Virus record (IMG/VR): IMGVR_UViG_3300035502_000737
Direction: 5' to 3' (one strand)
Origin: a virus
Lineage: Duplodnaviria > Heunggongvirae > Uroviricota > Caudoviricetes
Length of the DNA: 64,000 nt
Under the pieces are notes generated by a model that ran no database searches, was not told the origin of the DNA, and worked only from the letters and a program-made list of their open reading frames with translations. A program made the translations under genes and the position numbers. How positions within the stretch are numbered: the stretch's first letter is position 1; each line of letters starts with the position of its first letter. Shown piece after piece: positions 18,323 to 29,200 of this stretch.

Positions 18323-18574
18323 TCAAATAATCCAATGTGTGAAGATATAGAACGAGCCACCTATAAAGCAAATGATGGCAATGAATCTAAGTAACACATC
18401 CAAAAAGTCCCAAATGGAAAAGTTTCCACCGCCTTGTTCGATGATGTATTTCAATCCGAGCGGTCCTTCGACCTCTCGGAACACTTTCGGCTTGTTTGCT
18501 TGCTGAAGCTCGCTTCTGACAGAATTGAGTTCTTCTCTCAATGAGTCAATTTCTTGTTGTTGTTGTCTGCTCAT
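18323..18574 (-). CDS. Small coiled-coil protein with a C-terminal transmembrane helix
   Basis: N-terminal QQEIDSLREELNSVRSELQQ; C-terminal LLRFIAIICFIGGSFYIF; has its own host-type promoter. Confidence 0.7.
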   Translation of the reverse strand: MSRQQQQEIDSLREELNSVRSELQQANKPKVFREVEGPLGLKYIIEQGGGNFSIWDFLDVLLRFIAIICFIGGSFYIFTHWII

Positions 18575-18603
18575 AATTTGTCTCCTATTTTTGTTTCACG
18601 ATG

Positions 18604-18635
18604 CAAAGGTAGCAAAAATATTTTGGGTAAGCAAA
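18604..18635 (-). promoter_or_regulatory. Bacteroidota housekeeping-sigma promoter
   Basis: Reverse strand TTTG (18635-18632), 20-nt spacer, TACCTTTG (18611-18604). Confidence 0.75.
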
Positions 18636-18664
18636 CTTATACGGTTAAAAAACTATAAAATACC

Positions 18665-18671
18665 TATTTAT
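18665..18671 (+). promoter_or_regulatory. TATTTAT motif, putative late promoter (tape measure)
   Basis: 24 nt upstream of ATG 18696. Confidence 0.55.
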
Positions 18672-18695
18672 AGGTAATTTGAATATTCTCTTAGG

Positions 18696-21600
18696 ATGGC
18701 TAATAAAAACGGAAAAATAATCAATAAGGAACACGAGGAGATGATTGCTCTCCTCGCAGCCAACGCCGACAAGCTTATCGGAAAGCTTGCCCTACTTCGT
18801 ACTGAGGGCAACAAGCTCCACCAACAGTTTGCAAGCACATTCAACATGTCGGAAGAGGAATTGAACAAACTTTTCCAAGCCGAGCCTAAGCTGAGGGAGT
18901 CATACGACGAACTCACAAAGAGAATGGGCGACCTTGGCGAGCAAATCAAGAAGAATGTTGGCAACATCGACTCATTGGCCAAGAAATACCATGTGGAAAG
19001 TGGGGAAATGGCCAAACTTCTTGACAAGCTGAGGACCTATCATGACTTGCAGAAGGAAGCGCAAGCCGTAAGCGAGAAGAAGCAGAAGATTGAGGACAAC
19101 GGAGGCGATTTCAGAGAAAGGAACCGACTGAAGGCAAGACTTGAGGACATCCTTAAGGGAATCAGGCAGATTGAAGGGAACTTGAACTCATCTAGCGTCG
19201 GCTCAAGGATGCTCCATGATTACGGAGCAGAGAAGAGTGGCAGACAGAAGCTTCACGCCACTGTCAACCTTCAATCCAAGATTAAGGACAATTCGGAGGA
19301 AATCGCCAACTTCTCCAAGCAGACGTCAGAGAATGTCTATGCGGCGAATTCCGCATTGACGGCGCAGCAAGGAAGACTGAATACACTTAAGGCATTGTGG
19401 CGCTCCATTTACGGGGAAGGAAAGAAGGCGTTCAACAAGTATCTTGAGATTAACCATGCCGTAACTGCGCTCGGTAGGGAAAGCGGAATGGCCGCTTCCC
19501 AAGTGAAGGGATTCGAGAACAACGTCCTTTCCAACTATGGGGCTATGGCGGAACGCCTTGGAATGACGTTCAAGGACATATTCAAGTTCCAAGAAAGTTA
19601 TATCAAGAATACGGGAAGAGCCATTCTTCTTACCAATGAGCAGACGGAATCCATCGCTGGTCTTTCCACCGCTGTCGGAGAGGCTGCCGTATCCAACGCA
19701 GAGACCAATTTCGACATATTGGGAGCATCCTCCTCAACCGCTCTTGACCATCTCACCTTGACACTTGCTCGTGCGGCAAGCCAAGGGTTGAACGTACAGC
19801 AAGCGAGTGAGAAGTTCTCTCAGAATATCAAGATGGCTTCCAAGTATACTTTCCGCGAGGGAGTGAACGGAATATCCAAGATGACGTTGCTTTCACAGCG
19901 CTTGAAGTTCAACATGGAATCCGTTGGCGCTGCGATGGACAAGTTCAACAACATCGAGGGAGCCATTTCCGCTAGTGCCAACATCCAAGTCTTGGGAGGC
20001 TCATACGCTGCCAACTTCACGAACCCCATGCAAGCCATGGGAGAGGCGCTGCTTGACGCCGAGTCGTTCACGAAGAGGATTGTGGACACGGTGGCATCGA
20101 CTGCCGTCTTCAATAGGGAGAGCGGACAAGTGGAAATGTCTGCGCTTGACAAGGCGAAGATGAGGGAGGCGTCCAACCAACTTGGAATCTCCTATGACGA
20201 ACTGTTCAACATGGCTTCCCAACAAGCGAAGCTCGGAAATATCGAGGCTTACTTGAGGGGAAGAAACTTGAACGAGGAACAAAGGGCATATGTGGCAAAT
20301 ACCGCTCAGTATGACGCTGAAACAAAGCAGTGGAAGGTCAATATCATGAATTCCAACGGGGACTTTGAGGATGTGGACATCAAGGACTTGAGCGGAGAAC
20401 AGATTGACGAGATTCGAAGGACGAATGACTTTGAGAAGAGCATACAAGGTGACGTACATTCCATCAGAAGCCAACTGAGCGATTACTTGAAGACCTATGT
20501 AAAGGAAACCCGTAGTTTGCAAGAGAGGATTACGGGAGGTAGGGAGCACATCGCTGTAAATGAAGCCAACGTGGTGAATAACTTGGGGATTCCGAGAGCC
20601 ATCAATTGGGCTTTTGACACCTTCGGCTCTGCCATGACACTTGGAGCCGTTGGCGTTGGAAGTGCTGTCGCATCCGCATTTGGAACCGAGTACCTTGGAA
20701 AGAAGTTCGGAGGTAAATTCAGTAAATTTTTCGGAGGGAAAGGTGGAAACACGCCACCAACTACACCCACAGGCAACACGTTCAGTGGCAGCGAATCAAA
20801 ACTATCAAAAGCGCTAGGAAAAGGCTCGAAGCTTGGACGTATATTCAAGATTGGAAAAGTTGCGAAAGGAATTGGCGCGGTTGGAACAGTATTGTCTGTG
20901 GCAAGCGCCGTTTCAGACTATTCGGCTGCCAATTCCGAATTGGAGGAGGAAAAACGTCAGATTAATGCGGATTCCTCGCTTTCAAGGAGTGAAAAGGCGA
21001 AGGCGAAGTACGAGGCAAGGAAGAAGGCGAATGAGTCCAAGGGAGATACGTTGGGCGGAAGCATCGGAAGTATTGCAGGCATGGCCATCGGTACTGCTGT
21101 TGCTGGCCCCGTCGGAGCTGTAGTTGGCGGATTTCTTGGAAATTGGATTGGCGGAAAGATTGGTTCCGCCATCGGAAGTTCCACCACGAAGAAGGAGCGT
21201 GGAATGAATGACGAAAACTCCGTCAATGGCAATGGAGAGACTACACAATCTGTATCTCAAGCAGAAGGAGCCAATTATTTGTCAATCATCCAAGAGGATG
21301 TAAAGGGAATCCGAAAGACTGTTGATTCTCAAGATTTTGCAATGCCTCGTATTGTGATTTCTTCCAACACTTCAAACCCTAACACAGTCATATCAGAGAA
21401 TAAGAATGTGGTAGCCAATTCAAGGTCTGATGTAAACAGTCTTTATGATTGGACGAGTAACGTTGTATCGAACAACAAGAATACGGTATCCAATTCAAGG
21501 TCTGACATGAACAGTCTTTATGACGGAACAAGCAATATAGTGACGAACAACAAGAATGTGGCGGCCAATTCAAGGTCTAGCGTGAATAGTCTTTATGATG

Positions 21601-22067
21601 TGGCTAGTAACGTTGTGAAAAACAGCAAAAATGTGGTAGCCAACTCCAAGTCTGACGTAAACAGCCTTTATGATGGAACAAGCAATGTTGTGACAAACAG
21701 TAAGAATGGATACAGCTCCAATGTAAACAATACGACAGTGGTGAATCCAACTCCATTATATGCGGAAAGGACTCCTATTAGGATTGACAGAATAGGAATT
21801 ACCTCACCTTCCGTGACAAGACCGAGTGTGCAAGACATCAAGGTGGACATCAGCGGAAGGATTCGCATTGACGCTCCAAACGGTCAGACAGCCAACTTTG
21901 ACGCGAAGAAGCTGTTTGAGTCTAGTGAGTTTGTCAGCATGCTTAAGGAAAAGGTTACTGAAGGGATGCTTCGAGGTGTCAGCGCTACGGGAACGGAAGA
22001 CCGAAACAGTACGAAGAGTATAATGGGAGGCGCGTATTCCCCTTGGGAGTCGTATTCCCAAGCATAA
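18696..22067 (+). CDS. Tape measure protein
   Basis: 1123 aa, helical/coiled-coil N-terminus, Ala/Gly-rich glycine-zipper segment (GGSIGSIAGMAIGTAVAGPVGAVVGGFLG), position between chaperones and baseplate genes. Confidence 0.85.
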   Translation: MANKNGKIINKEHEEMIALLAANADKLIGKLALLRTEGNKLHQQFASTFNMSEEELNKLFQAEPKLRESYDELTKRMGDLGEQIKKNVGNIDSLAKKYHVESGEMAKLLDKLRTYHDLQKEAQAVSEKKQKIEDNGGDFRERNRLKARLEDILKGIRQIEGNLNSSSVGSRMLHDYGAEKSGRQKLHATVNLQSKIKDNSEEIANFSKQTSENVYAANSALTAQQGRLNTLKALWRSIYGEGKKAFNKYLEINHAVTALGRESGMAASQVKGFENNVLSNYGAMAERLGMTFKDIFKFQESYIKNTGRAILLTNEQTESIAGLSTAVGEAAVSNAETNFDILGASSSTALDHLTLTLARAASQGLNVQQASEKFSQNIKMASKYTFREGVNGISKMTLLSQRLKFNMESVGAAMDKFNNIEGAISASANIQVLGGSYAANFTNPMQAMGEALLDAESFTKRIVDTVASTAVFNRESGQVEMSALDKAKMREASNQLGISYDELFNMASQQAKLGNIEAYLRGRNLNEEQRAYVANTAQYDAETKQWKVNIMNSNGDFEDVDIKDLSGEQIDEIRRTNDFEKSIQGDVHSIRSQLSDYLKTYVKETRSLQERITGGREHIAVNEANVVNNLGIPRAINWAFDTFGSAMTLGAVGVGSAVASAFGTEYLGKKFGGKFSKFFGGKGGNTPPTTPTGNTFSGSESKLSKALGKGSKLGRIFKIGKVAKGIGAVGTVLSVASAVSDYSAANSELEEEKRQINADSSLSRSEKAKAKYEARKKANESKGDTLGGSIGSIAGMAIGTAVAGPVGAVVGGFLGNWIGGKIGSAIGSSTTKKERGMNDENSVNGNGETTQSVSQAEGANYLSIIQEDVKGIRKTVDSQDFAMPRIVISSNTSNPNTVISENKNVVANSRSDVNSLYDWTSNVVSNNKNTVSNSRSDMNSLYDGTSNIVTNNKNVAANSRSSVNSLYDVASNVVKNSKNVVANSKSDVNSLYDGTSNVVTNSKNGYSSNVNNTTVVNPTPLYAERTPIRIDRIGITSPSVTRPSVQDIKVDISGRIRIDAPNGQTANFDAKKLFESSEFVSMLKEKVTEGMLRGVSATGTEDRNSTKSIMGGAYSPWESYSQA
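21381..21707 (+). repeat. In-frame tandem repeat, 75 nt (25 aa), about 4.3 copies
   Basis: ag(t/c)ctttatga recurs at 21438, 21513, 21588 and 21663; unit SNVVSNNKNTVSNSRSDMNSLYDGT. Confidence 0.9.
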
Positions 22068-22129
22068 TAAGAAAAAGGCAAGCCAATTAACGTTGACTTT
22101 CAAGGAATAAACCATATGCATTATAGGTA

Positions 22130-25100
22130 ATGGGATTGATAAGTAAAATTAACGAAAAGGTTTCAGAAACCGCAGAGACGGTAGGCGTATATGCTTCCAC
22201 GATGATTGGACTCGGCTCGCTCATCAAGAGTGGAGGCTGGACAGCTGTGAACAAATCAAACATCTTCGGCTCGGATACAAAGCTTGCCAAGATTGTGAGG
22301 AGTGGGAATAGCTCAAGCTCTTCCTACGAGAACTCCATATACAATAGGAAGATTGGGCTTGTCGCCAACGAGTATGATTTGGCCAAAGCCACATTGGAGA
22401 GGAATATCGGAAGCGGTCACTTTGACTATGACGGTTATGCCACTCCAATAGGAAGTCTTGCCGACGCGGAATTGAACTTACAGACGAATCCTTGGTTCAT
22501 CATGGACGAGGATAAGAACCGATATGACAACTATATCCGCTATGTAAACGCATTGTACTTTAACGGATGGATGCCGATGCCGAACTTCAGAAGCGCCGAG
22601 GAAAGGGCTATGAATTTCGACATCAACTCACTTCTTCTGAGTGAGAACAAGGTAGGAGCGGTTAGAGGATACGACATATCGGATACGGCTTCTGCAAGGA
22701 ATATGGTTCCGTATGGGATTCAGACCAATGTGAACGGATACGAGGACACCAAGCTTGGTATTATCAATAACTTTTACTTGAACGCCACACTGAACGCCTC
22801 ATATTCGTATTTGAGTCAAATGGGCTCGTACATGACAACGGGAGTGGAGGATGACTCCGACGTATCCAATGTGACGATAGGCGCATACAACAAGTTCGGA
22901 TTCCTCGGAGAGAAGGGGATGAAGAACGGAGGGTTGGAGCCAATCAGCGGAGTCGTTGAGAATCAGTCCTTATTTACTGCGGACATCATTCCGTCCACAC
23001 CCATTGAGAGCGATTACGACACATTCGGGAATTACTATGACACTTCATTGTCAAATTCGTTGTATGATGCAAGTTCTTCAAGGACGAAGGAACTGATAGC
23101 AAAGTCCATGTTCGGATACGACTTGCTTGACGAGCAAGGGGCGACTTTGGATGACATCATATCCTTGTCGAGCAAGAAATATTATGTGGCAAAGGACAAG
23201 ACGGGTAATGATTACCTCACCTTGATTACGGGTGACAAGGTAAGCTTGACGGATGATGTGGATACGGACAAACATATAAGGTACAATGTCAACGAGGCTG
23301 GGTATGGGAATTCCGTCACAAGCAGAATTCTTTATACCTATGCGGAGGCTGAACTTGAATCGCCCAACGGAGCGTCAACCGTTCCATATACGTCGAATAT
23401 CGCCACCACCTATCACTTGGGAGTGGATTACAACAAGTATGACACATATGAGAATGTAATCACGTCTGCGGATGCGCAAGGGAATAGCAAGAATGACCTT
23501 CTTTCCTATACCAACAAGCGTTTCACGAGGGGTAAGATTGACACCCTTATCGCAAGATTCCATACCAATGTGACGGACGGAACAAAAAGAGACCCATTGT
23601 CATCTGCGGTAAGCAGCTATGGCATGTCGCACGGTAGGAACTTGTTGAAAAAGGACCATGTAGGCTCCAAGGACAACGGATACAGCAATCCTTACTGTCG
23701 CGTATGGACTTACCATTACCAATATAATGACTTTACAAAGACGATTAGACCGTTCAGCGACGATAACAAGAGTCTGAGTGGAACACTTGTCGAGAAGTCA
23801 CAGCACAACCGCCTTCGCCTTGAAAAGAACAGCGTCCGTGACGAGAATAACCGTCTTGTACGCTTCGCTCCAACTAGCGAGAACTATAAGGAGAAGATAA
23901 AACGCTGCATGTTCTCCATCGAGAATCTCGCTTGGAGGCAAGAGCGTGACGGATTCCAAGGGCATGAGGACCAAAAGGGGCCATTCGGTGGAAGAATCAT
24001 GTGGTTCCCTCCTTATGGACTGAAATTCAACGAGAGTGTGAATGTTGGGTGGAATTCCACACAATTTATCGGTAGGGGAGAGAATATATACACATATACC
24101 AATACGGAACGTGGCGGTTCATTGGACTTCAAGCTGTTGATTGACCATCCGACATTGATTAACGAGTGGCAGACAGAGACATCCAACGGAACGACTGACG
24201 TGGATGACGTGAACAGTACGGAACAGAAACTCCTCCGATTCTTCGCAGGGTGTGAAATTCTTGAACCGTACAGCGCTGATACAACAGTCAAGCCGAAAAT
24301 TGTCGAGAAGCCAACCATTCCTCCCGAACCGAAGCAAGAACCCACTGTGACTCCAAGCCCTACGACCGTTCAAGTTTCATTCTACGTCTTCTATCCAAAC
24401 AACTACAGTGGGGAGGATGACGATGCGAATGGAGTTGTGAAACCCATGGAGTACTTGCTGAACGGTATCGCATGCCAAAAGTCGAAGCGTAATGGAAGTT
24501 ATGTGGATATAGGAACCACCATGAGCGGAACTTTCAAGGGATACGAGACATTCGGAAACGGCATTGACTATGACTTGGATACTGTGAACGGAGGAAGCAA
24601 GGCGTTTAATGGAACCGATTTCTACACTTATGACGTGAGCAACAAGAACGGGAAGAAGAACCACTGGGCATATCGTGTGGATGAAAGATACAAGGACGAG
24701 GTGTTCAGAAACTCGAAGAGCTATACGGACAGCAGTTCAAGCAAACTGAACTCAAGCGGTTACAAGACATTGCTTGACTACCATACGGAGGCGAATGAGT
24801 TCATTGAGAACGGTGGACAGCTGTATAGCTTTGCCGAAGTGTTCTGTGCGTTGCAAGATGACGGAATGAATGTGTTGAGCGGAGTGGTGGATAAAGACAA
24901 TGTGGAAGCATTGAAGAAAATGTTCAATGAGTATGACGTGGTTAGTGTAGAATCTCGTGGTTTTGCCTCCTCACACGGCTATACTGCCAATAACAATAGG
25001 CTTGACGTGAACAGAGCGAGGAGCGTTGTGAATTGGCTGAAGTCTAGGAGTTCAAAGTTCTCCATCGCTGAAGTTACAGAATCATCCATCGGACCGAAAT

Positions 25101-25963
25101 TGAACACCTCTAGCGCCGCTGATTTGGAAGCTAAGGTATGGCGTTGCGCATGTGCCATCATCACTTTGCAGCAAGCCACTGTAGGCGAATTGAATGAGAT
25201 TTCAACAAATCAGAGCGAAGTTCTTGATACTGAACAAGTTGAGAAAGTTTCGAACTTAAGTCTTGATTCGGTTTCAAGTATCAATACGCAAGGCATGACG
25301 GCAGTGGATAAGAACAGTGTTCAGAACCAATTGTCCTATAACTCGAAGAAGGCGGAGAGTGACTTGAAGACCGCATCAGAGAATTCCAATGCGAATCCTT
25401 CGAACTCTGCAATTTCGGAGGGATACGGAAAGGAATATGAGTTTTTCAAGGACTTGGATAGAAACTCGCCGTTGTTGAGGAACAAGATTGTGGACAAGAT
25501 AAAGTATTTTGACCCAGCTTACCACTCGATAACGCCAGAGGGATTCAATGCAAGACTGACCTTCCTACACCAATGCACGAGGCAAGGAAGCACGTCGAGC
25601 GCTAGTGATAATAAGTCGTATAAGACGGCAAGCAACTTGGCTTTCGGTGCTCCTCCCGTATGCGTGCTTAGGATTGGGGATTTCTTCTACACGAAGATTA
25701 TCATCGATTCACTGACCATTGCGTATGACGACTGCAATTGGGACTTGAACGACGAGGGAATCGGAATAATGCCAATGATTGCGGATGTGAACATAGGATT
25801 CAAGTTCTTGGGAGGAAGCGACATCACTGGCCCAATCTCCCGTCTTCAGAACGCCGTATCCTTCAACTACTACGCCAATACGGGCGTGTACGATGACCGT
25901 GCGGAGGAGGCTGAATTTGACGATGACGGCAATATAATAAGTTTTAAACGGCAACAAGATTGA
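22130..25963 (+). CDS. Large baseplate/tail-tube-initiator-type structural protein with an OmpA-like domain
   Basis: 1277 aa; GRIMWFPPYGLKFNE, FIGRGE.IYTY, PPVCVLRIGDFFYTKIII motifs; VESRGFASSHG...N.RL..NRARSVVNWL resembles OmpA_C. Confidence 0.7.
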   Translation: MGLISKINEKVSETAETVGVYASTMIGLGSLIKSGGWTAVNKSNIFGSDTKLAKIVRSGNSSSSSYENSIYNRKIGLVANEYDLAKATLERNIGSGHFDYDGYATPIGSLADAELNLQTNPWFIMDEDKNRYDNYIRYVNALYFNGWMPMPNFRSAEERAMNFDINSLLLSENKVGAVRGYDISDTASARNMVPYGIQTNVNGYEDTKLGIINNFYLNATLNASYSYLSQMGSYMTTGVEDDSDVSNVTIGAYNKFGFLGEKGMKNGGLEPISGVVENQSLFTADIIPSTPIESDYDTFGNYYDTSLSNSLYDASSSRTKELIAKSMFGYDLLDEQGATLDDIISLSSKKYYVAKDKTGNDYLTLITGDKVSLTDDVDTDKHIRYNVNEAGYGNSVTSRILYTYAEAELESPNGASTVPYTSNIATTYHLGVDYNKYDTYENVITSADAQGNSKNDLLSYTNKRFTRGKIDTLIARFHTNVTDGTKRDPLSSAVSSYGMSHGRNLLKKDHVGSKDNGYSNPYCRVWTYHYQYNDFTKTIRPFSDDNKSLSGTLVEKSQHNRLRLEKNSVRDENNRLVRFAPTSENYKEKIKRCMFSIENLAWRQERDGFQGHEDQKGPFGGRIMWFPPYGLKFNESVNVGWNSTQFIGRGENIYTYTNTERGGSLDFKLLIDHPTLINEWQTETSNGTTDVDDVNSTEQKLLRFFAGCEILEPYSADTTVKPKIVEKPTIPPEPKQEPTVTPSPTTVQVSFYVFYPNNYSGEDDDANGVVKPMEYLLNGIACQKSKRNGSYVDIGTTMSGTFKGYETFGNGIDYDLDTVNGGSKAFNGTDFYTYDVSNKNGKKNHWAYRVDERYKDEVFRNSKSYTDSSSSKLNSSGYKTLLDYHTEANEFIENGGQLYSFAEVFCALQDDGMNVLSGVVDKDNVEALKKMFNEYDVVSVESRGFASSHGYTANNNRLDVNRARSVVNWLKSRSSKFSIAEVTESSIGPKLNTSSAADLEAKVWRCACAIITLQQATVGELNEISTNQSEVLDTEQVEKVSNLSLDSVSSINTQGMTAVDKNSVQNQLSYNSKKAESDLKTASENSNANPSNSAISEGYGKEYEFFKDLDRNSPLLRNKIVDKIKYFDPAYHSITPEGFNARLTFLHQCTRQGSTSSASDNKSYKTASNLAFGAPPVCVLRIGDFFYTKIIIDSLTIAYDDCNWDLNDEGIGIMPMIADVNIGFKFLGGSDITGPISRLQNAVSFNYYANTGVYDDRAEEAEFDDDGNIISFKRQQD

Positions 25964-26283
25964 TGAGTACATACAATAGATATTCAAAGTTTACGAATGA
26001 CGGAACCATAGAGTTGGTTCCGTTCATTTCAATTGACAAGATGCCGACGGATTACTACGTCTATTACAAGGCGAACGAGACCCGTCTTGACTTGTTGTCA
26101 TACGATTATTACAATGACCCGAATTACGGTTGGCTGATTCTCCAAGCGAACCCTCAGTACGGCTCGCTTGAGTTCAAGATACCTCACAACGCACTCTTGA
26201 GGATTCCTTATCCGCTAGAATCTGCGATAGCAAATTATAATAACGCGATTAAGACTTACAAGGAACTGTATGGCGAACAATAA
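25960..26283 (+). CDS. Baseplate wedge / LysM-like tail protein (gp53-like)
   Basis: RLDLLSYDYYNDPNYGWLILQANP motif; overlaps both neighbours. Confidence 0.75.
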   Translation: MMSTYNRYSKFTNDGTIELVPFISIDKMPTDYYVYYKANETRLDLLSYDYYNDPNYGWLILQANPQYGSLEFKIPHNALLRIPYPLESAIANYNNAIKTYKELYGEQ

Positions 26284-29200
26284 TGTATTATACTACGAGC
26301 CTAACGAGACAGCTTCACTCTCTCTTAGGAATAAGGACGGACAGTTTGGCATCGTCCGCCAAGCGCCTCCAATGGAGGATTATTGCGTGGTGGTTGACTT
26401 GCAAGTGGAGGTTCCGAAACGTCCGAAGTGCGCTTCCGTCACGACGGGGGATACAGTGCTGTATGTGCGATATTCCTCCGCGAAGGATGGAGACGCTAGG
26501 ATATCGTTCAACAAGGGAACCACATTCGAGGGCTCCCAAAACTCGTATATGACCTCTTTGCCCACAGAGTTAGGTACATTCTTGGACATTGACAGCACAA
26601 GGGCAAGTGGAACAAATAGTGAGATGTTTGGAATCAACTCCATCGATATCGAGTATAACCAATACATGGTTCCCGTTGTCACCATTCGGTTCACGGATAT
26701 TAGGGGAATGTCTCTGTTCGGTTCCGAGGATTTGAGGCACAATAGGACGGTGGGTGGCATTGACAATTCAGCCAATGCCGAGATTGCTGGTTCCTTCTTC
26801 AAGTGCTTCTTTACCTTCCCCTATCCTCGTTTCAAGATTATCGTCAAGGGATTCTACGGCCAACCCATCGCTTACGAGCTTACTTGCTCCGATTTTCGTG
26901 CATCCTTCGAAGCTAGTACGGGAAATTTCGGTGCGACCGCAAAATTCATTGGATACACATTCTCCGTATTGAATGACTTGACCTTGTCTTCCCTTCTCGC
27001 CACTTCCAATTCTCAATACTTCGGAGGAAGCTATTGGGCGAACCATCCCGACAAGTTTGTCTTTTCGGACGGGACACTCATGCCAACCTTCATGCAATTG
27101 ATGGTGAATGTGGGGCAGATGTCAAAGAAACTTGGAAAGGCGGAAGAAAGCGGAGAGCTGATAGACATTCAGAATAAGTCCACCAAATTATCCAACGTGC
27201 AGAACGCCCTTGACGCTTACTATGGCACATTGGTGGCTTATTTGGCTAATAAGCTGCATAAGACAAGCGGCTCAAGGAACATATACGGTGATTTTTCAGA
27301 ATCTGTGGAAGGACTTGCCAAGGTAACGGTTCCTAGGGATGTGACGAACGCATATAATTTGTTGAAGGACGCCTTGAACTCATTCTATGACACGAATGTT
27401 CCGAAACCTACCGCATACGGGGAAACGAAGCAGCCGAACGATTTCAAGAATGAGTCCGATTACAGCAAGTACTCCAATTGTTATTCCTTCCTTGGGAATG
27501 AATTGCAAGATTATTTGACAAGAAACATGACAAAGGTGGCGCAAGACCTTGTCGTGAAACAGAAGGAGGTTGCAGACGCCACCAATGAGAGCATAACCAA
27601 ACTGATTGGATTCAAACCGACGGTAAAGAACGTGACCGAACTGATTTTGGCCCATGTGGACACTCTTGTCAATGAGATTTACGCTTGTGCCGAGGAAGTG
27701 CACAATGGCTATGATACGAGTGCCACGTACAGAGTGGACGAGGTGGATGGGACGAGGACGTATTGTGCTTTCCCATCGGTCACGAAGACTGTTGTTGACA
27801 ATGGGGTGACGAAGGAGGAGCAAGCTTGGATTGGAGAGTTGGATGCGAATGCTCCAGAGGCAAAGTTGGTGGACAGCTTACTTAGGGCTACGCATGACAT
27901 AGAGGATATTACGGAAAAGGCTGCTGCCAATGTTGAATCTTCCGAGTTTGATGGCAGCAAGGCGCTTGGAATGAATGTGACGGTTCCATTGATTCCGAGT
28001 GACATTCTTGGCACATCCAATCCGTATGAAGGAATGGATATCGATGACATCGATGACTTCTGTGGAACGGTTGCGTTGAGAGGATTCATTGTATGCTCCA
28101 CTTTGTATACCTTGCCGAACTTTGCGAAGGAATGCGGATATTGTGATGCCAAGAACTTCTTGAAGGCTTTCCCCAATGTGAGCGAATCGTTCAAGAAGAA
28201 GGTTGGTGATAATGGAATCATTAGCTCAAAGACGCTTTTCAACCATTTGTGGGAATTGAACAACAAGGCAAATTCATTGACAAAGCAAGATTGCATTTGG
28301 AACACGAACAATTACAAGTACAATCATCTGCTGTCTAACAAGGGAGGAAGCGCATACCCATCCGAGTATTTCCAAGACACAAATAAGAGAATGATGCTTC
28401 CTCTCACCCATCCGAAATGGAGCGAGTTCCATGATACGGTACTCTCATCCAATGGGAATGTGGGAGATATGCAAGCTCTTACACAAGGAGTGGACGGAAT
28501 TAACAAGAATGTGTTCTACGTCGACCTTGACATTGAGAAGTACAAGAATTATAAGAGCGACAGCGGATATGACAAGGTAGACGAACTGTTCGATAACTTG
28601 ACATTCGATTCCGAGGAGATGCAAGGATTCTACGAGAATACGTTGAATGAGAACAAAACCTTGTTGTGCTATAAGGCGTCTTCTGACGGATACAAGGGTT
28701 CTTACCAAGATTCTATGGTAAACTCATTGGTTGGAATCGTTGGAAACAGCGGAGAGAGCAACAAGTTGTTCGCTTACAGCCTTGGAGGGTATAAGGACGG
28801 ATACTTGTACGAGGGCACTTCCATTTTCGGGCAAGAAGACTACTATGAGAATATAAAGAACGGGAACAAGACACTCGCCATGCTGTTCTTGAATACGTTC
28901 GATTGGGATTATAAGAAATTCAGCGACTTCTTGAAGGGACAGTCAAATTACATGTATTTCCCCTACTTGATGCTGCTGACAATTGGAGGATACTATTATA
29001 GGAAGAACAAGTCCATCACGTTCTATGACGGTCTTGACTTTAAGTACGGTTTGAGAAAGACGAGTTATAGGATTCATAGCGGAACCTATTACTTGGATAG
29101 CTTGTATGATGCGGATGACGCTACACAACAGACCTTGATGAAGATGTTCGAGGAATGGGCTGAAGGTGATTTCGTGACATTGGTAAGGAATGAGTTCGAG

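Noticed and set aside
21381-21707. 75-nt periodic repeat as a CRISPR array
   Set aside because: The repeats are contiguous, in frame and degenerate along their whole length, with no unique spacers and no cas genes
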